From contig CP158972.1 of assembly GCA_040429635.1 (NCBI GenBank), positions 9,918-33,917 of the forward strand: a stretch of DNA of 24,000 nt. The letters are read 5' to 3'. A program made the translations under genes and the position numbers. Positions 10,605 through 18,761 of the stretch are shown one piece after another. Numbering within the stretch: the stretch's first letter is position 1; each line of letters opens with the position of its first letter. The stretch is from Tamlana crocina. Lineage in GTDB: Bacteria > Bacteroidota > Bacteroidia > Flavobacteriales > Flavobacteriaceae. Below the pieces are notes generated by a model. It was not told where the DNA came from and did not search any database. It saw only the letters and a program-made list of their open reading frames with translations.

Positions 10605-11801
10605 ATGGAATTTCCTAAAAAACTTGTGCAAAAATTAGAAAATCGCAAAGAAAACAACGCTTTTCGAGAATTGGGAACGCCGTCTGGTTTAGTGGATTTT
10701 TCATCAAACGATTATTTGGGGTTTTCAAAAAACGAAACGATTTTCAATAATGCCCACCAGTTTTTAATTAAAAACCACATAAAACAAAACGGAGCCACGG
10801 GGTCGCGCTTGCTTTCCGGAAACCACCAACTTTACGATGTGGTTGAAAGCCTACTTTACCAATTCCACAACAGCGCATCGGCTTTGATTTTCAATTCAGG
10901 CTACGACGCCAATATTGGCTTTTTTTCAAGCGTACCGCAACGTGGCGATGTTATTATATATGATGTACTAATCCATGCTTCCATTCGCGATGGCATATCG
11001 ATGAGCAACGCCAAAGGTTACAAGTTTAAACATAATGATTTGGAGGATTTGGAAAAACTAATTCTTCGTCATTCTGAACCTTCTCACCTTGAGCGGAGTC
11101 AAAAGGTTGTTTCAGAATCGCACCATAACATTTACATCGTTACCGAATCGGTATTCTCCATGGATGGCGACACCCCAAACCTCGTTGGGCTTTCAGAATT
11201 ATGCAAAAAGCACAACGCTTACTTGGTGGTTGACGAGGCCCATGCCATTGGCGTTTTTGGTAAAAACGGCACTGGATTAATACAACAGTTACAACTTGAA
11301 CACGATATTTTCGCTCGCATCGTCACTTTTGGAAAAGCCATGGGCTGCCACGGCGCCGCCATTTTGGGCAGCAATAGTCTAAAAGCATTTTTGGTGAATT
11401 TTTCGCGCTCCTTTATTTATACCACAGCCTTGCCCCCACATAGTTTAGCGACCATTCAATCGGCTTACAACGAATTATCCAAAACCGAAAGTATAAATAA
11501 GCTACAAGATAATATTGCGTTTTTTAAATCTGAAATGGTTAAAAACAACCTTAACAACAGCTTTATCGAAAGTCATTCTGCCATACATTGTTGCATCATT
11601 CCGGGAAACGAAACGGTGAAACACATCGCCCAACAAATCCAAAAAAGCGGTTTTGATGTAAAGCCTATTTTATCACCTACCGTACCCAAGGGGCAGGAAC
11701 GGTTGCGGTTTTGTTTACACAGTTACAATTCTAAAAAGGAAATTTCGGAAGTTTTACAGCGACTTTCTATTTTTGTGGTTCAGCATGACGCAACACATTA
11801 A
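10605..11801 (+). CDS. bioF: 8-amino-7-oxononanoate synthase (BioF-like PLP enzyme)
   Basis: VDFSSNDYLGFSKN, NGATGSRLLSGN, DEAHAIGVFGKNGTGLI and the PLP-Lys region TFGKAMGCHGAAI. ATG at 10605 is preferred over the track start at 10563. Confidence 0.93.
   Translation: MEFPKKLVQKLENRKENNAFRELGTPSGLVDFSSNDYLGFSKNETIFNNAHQFLIKNHIKQNGATGSRLLSGNHQLYDVVESLLYQFHNSASALIFNSGYDANIGFFSSVPQRGDVIIYDVLIHASIRDGISMSNAKGYKFKHNDLEDLEKLILRHSEPSHLERSQKVVSESHHNIYIVTESVFSMDGDTPNLVGLSELCKKHNAYLVVDEAHAIGVFGKNGTGLIQQLQLEHDIFARIVTFGKAMGCHGAAILGSNSLKAFLVNFSRSFIYTTALPPHSLATIQSAYNELSKTESINKLQDNIAFFKSEMVKNNLNNSFIESHSAIHCCIIPGNETVKHIAQQIQKSGFDVKPILSPTVPKGQERLRFCLHSYNSKKEISEVLQRLSIFVVQHDATH
11069..11120 (+). repeat. REP/RPE-like palindromic element inside the bioF coding sequence
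   Basis: CGTCATTCTGAACCTTCTCACCTTGAGCGGAGTCAAAAGGTTGTTTCAGAATCG. Arms ATTCTGAA/TTCAGAAT and AACCTT/AAGGTT. Shares a 22-mer (21/22 identical) with 14982..15003 in inverse orientation. Confidence 0.75.
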
Positions 11802-11807
11802 GCATCA

Positions 11808-12221
11808 ATGAGCGATACATTTAAAACCATAGCCCGATTTCAATACTCCACCGAAGCCCAAATTGTAAAAGGCCGGCTGGAGGCCGAAGGCATTCAGGTG
11901 TTTATGCAGGATAATTTCACCATCGACACCGACCCACTGGTGAGCAACGCCATTGGCGGCGTTAAACTTAAAGTGTTATCGCGACAAGCCTTGGAAGCCC
12001 AACATATTTTGGCGTCCATTAAAAAATATTCGGTTGACGATGATGGCAACACCATACAATGCCCTAATTGTAACAGCGAAAACATTGAGCTCTTTTCAAC
12101 CATAAAAGATGCCAAGTCCTTTTTTGCTTTTATTTTTGGTGTATTATTTTCATCGTTGCCTTTTTACACCAGGCACAAGTACAAATGCGAAAATTGTAAC
12201 ACGGAATTCGATTTAAAATGA
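11808..12221 (+). CDS. DUF2007 domain protein with a C-terminal CxxC...CxxC zinc-ribbon-like region
   Basis: FKTIARFQYSTEAQIVKGRLEAEGIQVFMQDN...GGVKLKVLSRQALEAQHIL is DUF2007-like. CPNCNSENIE and CENCNTEF are Cys pairs. Confidence 0.75.
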   Translation: MSDTFKTIARFQYSTEAQIVKGRLEAEGIQVFMQDNFTIDTDPLVSNAIGGVKLKVLSRQALEAQHILASIKKYSVDDDGNTIQCPNCNSENIELFSTIKDAKSFFAFIFGVLFSSLPFYTRHKYKCENCNTEFDLK

Positions 12222-12232
12222 TTTTTACCACT

Positions 12233-12285
12233 AATTCACGAATCATTTTCCAATAACTACAAAATAGATTCGTGCATTCGTAGCC
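12233..12285. repeat. Short palindromic repeat-like element in the DUF2007-bioD gap
   Basis: CACGAATC (12237-12244) pairs with GATTCGTG (12267-12274). Confidence 0.45.
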
Positions 12286-12300
12286 TCTTAAAAAAATTCA

Positions 12301-12915
12301 ATGAAAAATAAAACATACTTTATAACAGGAATATCAACCGAGGTGGGCAAAACCGTAGCTTCGGCCATCGTTACCGAAGCCTTGGAAGCCGATTATTGGA
12401 AACCCATACAGGCTGGCGATTTAGACCATAGCGACACCCATAAAGTGGAGCGTTTGGTTTCCAATAAAAAATCACAATTTCACCCCAATACCTATGCCCT
12501 TAACACGCCTATGAGTCCGCATGCCGCAGCCGAAATTGATGGCATTACCATAGACTTAAAAAATATAAATGCGCCTAAAACCAAAAATCATTTGGTCATA
12601 GAAGGCGCAGGTGGCTTACTGGTTCCATTGAACGACAAAGAAACCATTTTAAATATTATCCAACCCGATTTTAAAGTCATCGTGGTATCGCGCCACTATT
12701 TGGGCAGCATCAACCATACGCTTTTAACGGTCAATTTATTAAAGGAAAAAGGCTTTGATGTGTCCATTATTTTCAGTGGAAACGAACACAAAACCACCGA
12801 ATCCATCATCGAAAAAATGACCAATATTCCTATTATCGGAAGGATTGAAGAAGAACCCTATTTTGACCAAAATGTGATAAAGGAATATGCGGAACGATTT
12901 AGGGAGAAGCTGTAG
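12301..12915 (+). CDS. bioD: Dethiobiotin synthetase
   Basis: MKNKTYFITGISTEVGKTVASAIVTEAL (P-loop), YWKPIQAGDLDHSDT and VIEGAGGLLVPLN. Confidence 0.95.
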   Translation: MKNKTYFITGISTEVGKTVASAIVTEALEADYWKPIQAGDLDHSDTHKVERLVSNKKSQFHPNTYALNTPMSPHAAAEIDGITIDLKNINAPKTKNHLVIEGAGGLLVPLNDKETILNIIQPDFKVIVVSRHYLGSINHTLLTVNLLKEKGFDVSIIFSGNEHKTTESIIEKMTNIPIIGRIEEEPYFDQNVIKEYAERFREKL

Positions 12916-12920
12916 CTGTC

Positions 12921-12975
12921 GGGAAGGAATCCACAAAAAAGATTAACAATTAAAAGATTCCTGCCTTCGCAGAAA
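12921..12975. repeat. REP-like element in the bioD-bioA gap
   Basis: AGGAATC (12925-12931) is inversely repeated as GATTCCT (12956-12962), followed by GCCTTCGCAG, which resembles the common GATTCCTGCCTTCGCAGGAATGAC-type repeat. Confidence 0.5.
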
Positions 12976-12983
12976 TAAAAAAT

Positions 12984-14248
12984 ATGAATTTACAAGAACG
13001 CGACAAAAAACACCTCTGGCATCCGTTAACGCAACACAAATTGCACCCTGAAGCTTTGGCTATTACTAAGGCTAAAGGTTGCACATTGACCGACGAAAAC
13101 GGCAATAAATATATCGATGCCATCGCCTCATGGTACACCTGTATGTACGGGCACTGCAATGAATACATTACCCATCGGGTGTCCGAACAAATGCAGCAAT
13201 TGGACCAAGTGGTTTTTAGCGGATTCACCCACAAACCTGCTATAGAACTCAGCGAAGCCCTCATAAACATTCTGCCCAAAAACCAAAACAAAATTTTTTT
13301 TAGCGATAACGGCTCCACGTCTGTAGAAATTGGCATTAAAATGGCTCTGCAATATCATTTTAACAACGGCAATAAAAAGAATACTTTAATCGCTTTTGAA
13401 GACGGTTTCCACGGCGACACCTTTGGTGCTATGAGCGTTTCGGGACTTTCTGTATACAACGGGCCTTTTGAGGACTTCTTTTTAAAAGTGGAACGCATTC
13501 CCGTGCCCAATGGAAAAAATCACGATGACATATTAAACACTTTACGAAATTTGGCATCAACACACCAAGTGGCCGGTTTTGTTTACGAACCCTTGGTACA
13601 AGGTGCCGCAGCCATGAAAATGCACAATACCGAAGGACTGAACCAAATTTTAAATTTCTGCACAGACCATAACATCATTACCGTTGCCGACGAAGTGATG
13701 ACAGGCTTCGGCAAAACCGGGAAACATTTCGCTTCGCTGTACATGGAAACGCCACCCGATGTGATGTGTTTAAGCAAAGCACTAACTGGCGGATTGCTGC
13801 CCATGGCACTTACCACATGCTCACAAAAAATCTATGATGCTTTTTATAGCGACAATATTGCCAAAGGGCTGTTCCATGGGCATACCTACTCGGCCAACCC
13901 TTTGGCATGTACCGCAGCCTTGGCAAGTATTGAATTATTGCAAACCGAAAACATTCAAGGTAGAATAAAAGAAATTACGGCATCACACGAAAACTTTGAA
14001 ACCGAATAAAAAATCACCCCAAAGTGAAATCCATCCGGCAAACCGGAATCATTTTCGCCCTCGATTTAGATGTAGAAATGCAACGCTACGGTAACCTCCG
14101 CGATAAACTCTTTAAGTTTTTTATGGACAACGGCGTGTTTTTACGCCCCTTGGGCAATACCATTTACATACAAGCCCCTTATGTGATTACCAACCATGAA
14201 TTGGAAAAAGTGTACCGAGTTATCGAAGAATCTTTATCAATAGTGTAA
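12984..14248 (+). CDS. bioA: Adenosylmethionine-8-amino-7-oxononanoate aminotransferase, apparently frameshifted at about 13999-14015
   Basis: HLWHPLTQHKLHPEALAITKAKGCTLTDENGNKYIDAIASWYTCMYGH..., PLP-Lys SKALTGGLLPMALTTC. The C-terminus IKNHPKVKSIRQTGIIFALDLDVE... continues in the adjacent frame (ORF 14024..14248). Confidence 0.93.
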
Positions 14249-14292
14249 ATTTGCAGGCTAAAATATAAACAGGATTCGCTCACCAAATTTTT

Positions 14293-14334
14293 GAGATTCC
14301 GAATCAGTCCAGAAAACCGTCTGGACAGCATGAC
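14293..14334. repeat. REP-like hairpin element in the bioA-KAS gap
   Basis: GTCCAGA (14307-14313) pairs with TCTGGAC (14320-14326). It is flanked by GAGATTCCG and CAGCATGAC, resembling the GTCAT-n-CTG...GAATCTC ends of common Bacteroidetes repeats. Confidence 0.5.
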
Positions 14335-14340
14335 AAAACT

Positions 14341-15552
14341 ATGCAAAAACCAATCTCCATAACGGCCATTTCATCCATTTCTCCATTAGGAAAATCTTCT
14401 GCGGAAGCTTGGAAAAGTTACAAAAACGAAAACCATTACTTGACTAAAAAATCGGTATTAGGCAAAGACGTTGTTGTGGCCGAAATTCCAAAGGAAGCCA
14501 AAGCGGACATTGAAATATTGAGAGAATCGGATTCCAAATACAAATCGTTGGACGACACCGTCCTTTTTGCCATGTACGCCTCACGAGAAGCGGTAAAACA
14601 GGCGAACTGGAAACCCTCGGATAATTTTGGAATCAATATCGGTTCGTCTCGCGGTGCCACAGCCCTTTTTGAAAACTATCACGAGTCTTTTTTAAAAAAT
14701 AACAAAGCCGAAACTTTAAGTTCGCCCACCACAACTTTGGGCAATATTTCGTCGTGGGTAGGTCACGATTTGCAAACCGAAGGCCCCGAAATTAGCCATT
14801 CCATCACTTGTTCCACAGCATTGCACAGCTTACTTAATGGCATTGCATGGATTAATTCGGGCATGTGCAATAAATTTTTGGTGGGCGGCAGTGAAGCGCC
14901 GCTAACTCCATTTACCATTGCGCAGATGCAGGCTCTGAAAATTTATTCTAAATATGATTTGTCAGGTCGAGCGAAGTCGAGACCTTTCGACTCCGCTCAA
15001 GGTAACATTAACCTCTACCCCTGCCGGGCATTAGACTTCAACAAAACCAAAAACACCATGGTTTTGGGCGAAGGCGCTTCCATGGCTTGTTTGGAAGAAG
15101 GTGAACAAAGCAACGCCTTGGCATTAATTACGGGCTATGGCTATGCCACCGAAATTTTAAAACACAATATTTCCATTTCGAGCGACGCAAAATGTTTTCA
15201 GAAATCGATGAAAATGGCATTGGGCGATAAAAACCCCGAAGACATTGATGTAGTAGTGATGCACGCCCCGGGTACCATTAAAGGCGACACTTCGGAATAT
15301 AAGGCCATAGAAGCCGTTTTTAACAACCACATGCCTGCAGTAACATCAAACAAATGGAAAATCGGGCATACCTTCGGGGCATCGGGCGCATTAAGCATCG
15401 AACTGGCCGTAATGATGTTGCAACACCAAGAATTTATTGGCATTCCGTATTTAGAAAACCAAAAACACCCCAAACAAATTAGAACGGTTTTAGTAAATGC
15501 TGTTGGGTTTGGGGGGAATGCCGTGAGCATATTATTGAGCAAAAAGCCGTAG
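14341..15552 (+). CDS. Beta-ketoacyl-ACP synthase (FabF/FabB)-like protein in the biotin cluster
   Basis: SPLGKSSAEAWKS, nucleophile region ITCSTALHSLLNGIAWI, HAPGTIKGDTSEYKAIEAVF, GHTFGASGALSIELAV and a C-terminal NAVGFGGNAVSILLSK. Confidence 0.9.
   Translation: MQKPISITAISSISPLGKSSAEAWKSYKNENHYLTKKSVLGKDVVVAEIPKEAKADIEILRESDSKYKSLDDTVLFAMYASREAVKQANWKPSDNFGINIGSSRGATALFENYHESFLKNNKAETLSSPTTTLGNISSWVGHDLQTEGPEISHSITCSTALHSLLNGIAWINSGMCNKFLVGGSEAPLTPFTIAQMQALKIYSKYDLSGRAKSRPFDSAQGNINLYPCRALDFNKTKNTMVLGEGASMACLEEGEQSNALALITGYGYATEILKHNISISSDAKCFQKSMKMALGDKNPEDIDVVVMHAPGTIKGDTSEYKAIEAVFNNHMPAVTSNKWKIGHTFGASGALSIELAVMMLQHQEFIGIPYLENQKHPKQIRTVLVNAVGFGGNAVSILLSKKP
14963..15005 (-). repeat. REP/RPE-like element inside the beta-ketoacyl synthase coding sequence
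   Basis: CAGGTCGAGCGAAGTCGAGACCTTTCGACTCCGCTCAAGGTAA. The reverse complement of 14982..15003 (ACCTTGAGCGGAGTCGAAAGGT) matches bioF 11086..11107 at 21 of 22 positions. Confidence 0.75.
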
Positions 15553-15599
15553 CATAAACATATAATTAGTATTTTTGGCCACAACTAACGAGCAGATTT

Positions 15600-16694
15600 A
15601 TGAGCGAGACAAGACACAATTGGACCCAACAAGAAATTCTGGATATTTACAACAAACCGTTAATGGAGTTGCTTTACGAAGCGGCTACCATACACCGTTT
15701 GCACCACGACCCTAACACGGTACAAGTAAGCACGCTACTCTCTATAAAAACAGGAGGCTGCCCAGAAGATTGTGGGTATTGTCCGCAAGCCGCTCGTTAC
15801 CACACCGATATTGAAGGCAACGATTTAATGAGCGTTCAGCAGGTAAAAGCACAGGCATTACGCGCCAAATCCAGCGGAAGCTCAAGGGTTTGTATGGGTG
15901 CCGCTTGGCGAAACGTAAAGGATGGCGAAGAATTCGACCAGGTTTTGGAAATGGTTCGCACCATCAACAAACTGGATATGGAAGTGTGCTGCACCTTGGG
16001 TATGATTACCGAAAACCAAGCAAAACGTTTGGCCGAGGCCGGTTTGTATGCCTACAACCATAATCTGGATTCTTCGGAAGAATATTACAAAGAAGTAATT
16101 TCTACTCGCGGTTTTGAAGACCGTTTAGAAACCATCGATAACGTTCGTAAAACCAATGTTACTGTTTGTAGCGGTGGTATTATTGGCATGGGTGAAAAAG
16201 TGGAAGACCGTTCGGGCATGCTCGTGGCGCTTTCCACATTGAATCCGCAACCAGAATCTGTCCCTATCAATGCTCTAGTCGCTGTTGACGGCACGCCGTT
16301 GGAAGACCAAGAGCCCGTTTCCATTTGGGACATGGTGCGTATGGTAGCTACCACCCGTATCGTGATGCCCGAAACCCAAGTACGTTTAAGTGCTGGGCGT
16401 ACGCAAATGACACGCGAAGGCCAAGCCATGTGTTTCTTTGCCGGAGCGAATTCTATTTTTGCAGGCGATAAATTACTGACCACCCCCAACCCCGATGTAA
16501 ATGAAGACATGGAAATGTTCAAACTGCTGGGCTTAAACCCACAAAAGCCATTTACCAAAAAAGTACAGCCACAAACGGTTGAAGCTCAAGATTCGCAATA
16601 CGAAGCTTTGGGTGAAAAACCAAAATGGAGCAGGCCAGAACATACCATTGAGCGCAACGAGGCAGCAAAGGCGAAAGCTAAAGCTACAAAGTAG
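15600..16694 (+). CDS. bioB: Biotin synthase (radical SAM)
   Basis: GGCPEDCGYCPQAARYHTDIE [4Fe-4S]/SAM motif, SSGSSRVCMGAAWRNVKD, YNHNLDSSEEYY, VCSGGIIGMGE. Confidence 0.98.
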   Translation: MSETRHNWTQQEILDIYNKPLMELLYEAATIHRLHHDPNTVQVSTLLSIKTGGCPEDCGYCPQAARYHTDIEGNDLMSVQQVKAQALRAKSSGSSRVCMGAAWRNVKDGEEFDQVLEMVRTINKLDMEVCCTLGMITENQAKRLAEAGLYAYNHNLDSSEEYYKEVISTRGFEDRLETIDNVRKTNVTVCSGGIIGMGEKVEDRSGMLVALSTLNPQPESVPINALVAVDGTPLEDQEPVSIWDMVRMVATTRIVMPETQVRLSAGRTQMTREGQAMCFFAGANSIFAGDKLLTTPNPDVNEDMEMFKLLGLNPQKPFTKKVQPQTVEAQDSQYEALGEKPKWSRPEHTIERNEAAKAKAKATK

Positions 16695-16837
16695 TATTTG
16701 TTGAAATAGTTCTAAAGTCAAACAGACTACCATACTTTAACAAGGCCCAACACAGGTTGCTGCGATCGTAATTGTAATGACGTTATATAAGAAACGCCCA
16801 CACAAAAAACGCACGTCAATTACGAGGGACGGGAAAA

Positions 16838-16895
16838 GTAATCTTTTCATTTGAACTAAAGAGTAAAAGATTCCCACGCTACGCTCGGAATAACT
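16838..16895. repeat. Degenerate REP-like element downstream of bioB
   Basis: AATCTTTT (16840-16847) pairs with AAAAGATT (16865-16872), followed by CCCACGCTACGCTCGGAATAAC. Confidence 0.4.
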
Positions 16896-16975
16896 GTCCT
16901 TATAAAACCTGTAACGTTATACTATTTCAAATCACGTAACGTTTTCTTAACTTTGGCGCACTAAATTTTTAAGCA

Positions 16976-17836
16976 TTGGCATTAAACTTACAGGACATTC
17001 CGAGGGTAAAAACCATTACCAAATCGGATTTTTTAAAACACTACTTTAATCCGCAGAAACCTGTGGTTATCGAGCGTTTTATTGAAGACTGGCCAGCTTA
17101 TTCCAAATGGAACTTAGACTACATCAAACAAATTGGCGGCGACATTACCATTCCGCTTTACGACGATAGGCCTGTAGATTACCGCGATGGTTTTAACGAA
17201 CCGCACGCCAAAATGAAACTGGCCGATTACATCGATTTGCTGAAACGCGAGCCCACAAAATTCCGCATCTTTTTATGGAATGCCCTAAAGGAAATTCCGC
17301 AGTTACAAAACGATTTTTCGTTTCCAGACTTTGGGCTGCGGCTTATGAAAGGCATCCCTATGCTCTTTTTCGGCGGACGGGATTCTTACACTTTTATGCA
17401 CTATGATATTGATTTGGCCAATATTTTCCATTTTCATTTTGAAGGCAAAAAACAAATCATTCTGTTCGACCAAAAGCAGAATAAGTACCTGTATAAAATT
17501 CCGCATTCGCTCATTACCCGAGAGGATATCGATTTTAACAATCCCGATTTTGAAAAGTGGCCCATGCTCAAAAAAGCCAAAGGCTACCAAACCGAACTGA
17601 ACCATGGCGAGATTTTGTACATGCCCGAAGGCTATTGGCATTACATGCGCTACATCACCCCCGGTTTTTCCATGAGCCTGCGCGCCATTGCCCGAAACCC
17701 AAAAAACTTCGGTCAGGCCATTTACAACATATTAATTATGCGCAACTACGACAACCTGATGCGACGCATTAAAAAGCAAAAATGGATTGACTGGAAAAAC
17801 GAACAGGCCATAAAAAACACCCATAAGAATTTGTAG
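16976..17836 (+). CDS. Cupin-like/JmjC-domain (cupin_8 family) protein
   Basis: KPVVIERFIEDWPAYSKWNLDYIKQ, YTFMHYDIDLANIFHFHFEGKKQIILFD (HxD), LNHGEILYMPEGYWHYMRYI. Confidence 0.85.
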   Translation: MALNLQDIPRVKTITKSDFLKHYFNPQKPVVIERFIEDWPAYSKWNLDYIKQIGGDITIPLYDDRPVDYRDGFNEPHAKMKLADYIDLLKREPTKFRIFLWNALKEIPQLQNDFSFPDFGLRLMKGIPMLFFGGRDSYTFMHYDIDLANIFHFHFEGKKQIILFDQKQNKYLYKIPHSLITREDIDFNNPDFEKWPMLKKAKGYQTELNHGEILYMPEGYWHYMRYITPGFSMSLRAIARNPKNFGQAIYNILIMRNYDNLMRRIKKQKWIDWKNEQAIKNTHKNL

Positions 17837-17865
17837 TTTTTAACCCTTTGGCATGACCTTGAAAT

Positions 17866-17942
17866 TCGTCATTTCGAGTGAATTTCACGAAGGAAGGAGT
17901 GAAATTTGCACTTCGGCTCCGCTCAGTAGAGCTATCGAGAAA
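17866..17942 (-). repeat. Intergenic REP-like element related to the two intragenic copies
   Basis: CGTCATTTCGAG...AATTTCAC (17881-17888)/GTGAAATT (17899-17906) hairpin, then CTTCGGCTCCGCTCAG...CTATCGAGAA. CTCCGCTCA is the same core word as in the KAS copy. Confidence 0.6.
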
Positions 17943-18173
17943 AAGAATTTTTATCTAAAAAAAAGTTCTCTCCCTATAACTATAGGGAACGATTTTTTTA
18001 AGCTCCGCTTAGGTATCTTCAATCAAAATATATTTTGATTTCAATAATCTCAAAATCACTCGAACTAACGGTTGAACCAAATTCTATTTTCAAAATATAC
18101 AACATGTAGTTTTTGTACGTCGTTTATATAAAACTTGCATATATTTGCCCACTCAAATTTTAAATTAGGATAC

Positions 18174-18689
18174 ATGAAAAGATTCATTTTTTTAATCGCA
18201 GTATTAAGCGTTTCATTAGTTAACTCACAAGCCTTTACCGGTGCAAACGACAATAAATTTCAAGTGGGCGCCAACTTTCAAAACAATGGCACAGGCCTTA
18301 ACATAAGTTACGATTTTGGTATTGGCGAAAATATTTCTGTCGGTATATCGTCCACCTACCTTTTGGGCATCCATGAAAACCTAAAAAACAATGCAGATGA
18401 CGATTTAAACGCCGATTTCGATAACCGTTTTGATGTACGTGCCCGTTTTAACGCCAACTTGGGCAATGTGATAAATGTAGATGAAAACTTTGATGTGTAC
18501 CCCGGTTTAAGCCTCGGCCTTAAAAACTTTGGCGGACACCTTGGTGCGCGTTACTTTTTTACAGATGGTTTTGGTATTTATACCGAACTTAACGTGCCAT
18601 TGGCCAAATATAAAACCGAAAACCTAACAGCTCCCGAAAAATTGCACAACCAGTTTAGCATTAATTTGGGTACGGTTTTTAATCTATAA
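18174..18689 (+). CDS. Small outer-membrane beta-barrel protein
   Basis: Signal peptide MKRFIFLIAVLSVSLVNSQ, then alternating beta-strand sequence (NKFQVGANFQNNGTGLNISYDFGIG...) ending FSINLGTVFNL. ATG at 18174 is preferred over the track start. Confidence 0.8.
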   Translation: MKRFIFLIAVLSVSLVNSQAFTGANDNKFQVGANFQNNGTGLNISYDFGIGENISVGISSTYLLGIHENLKNNADDDLNADFDNRFDVRARFNANLGNVINVDENFDVYPGLSLGLKNFGGHLGARYFFTDGFGIYTELNVPLAKYKTENLTAPEKLHNQFSINLGTVFNL

Positions 18690-18761
18690 GAAATTACATT
18701 CAAAATTATTGAAAGCGGATAGCCCATTGGTTTTATCCGCTTTTTTTATGGGCATAAAACA

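Noticed and set aside
15198-16558. Long antisense ORFs (15198..15584 and 16085..16558, minus) opposite the KAS gene and bioB
   Set aside because: They lie entirely within strongly recognisable sense genes and show no family-like sequence. They are typical shadow ORFs.
17853-18038. 61-aa plus-strand ORF MTLKFVISSEFHEGRSEICTSAPLSR...
   Set aside because: It is mostly translation of the intergenic REP-like element and AT-rich flank, with no ribosome-binding or family evidence.
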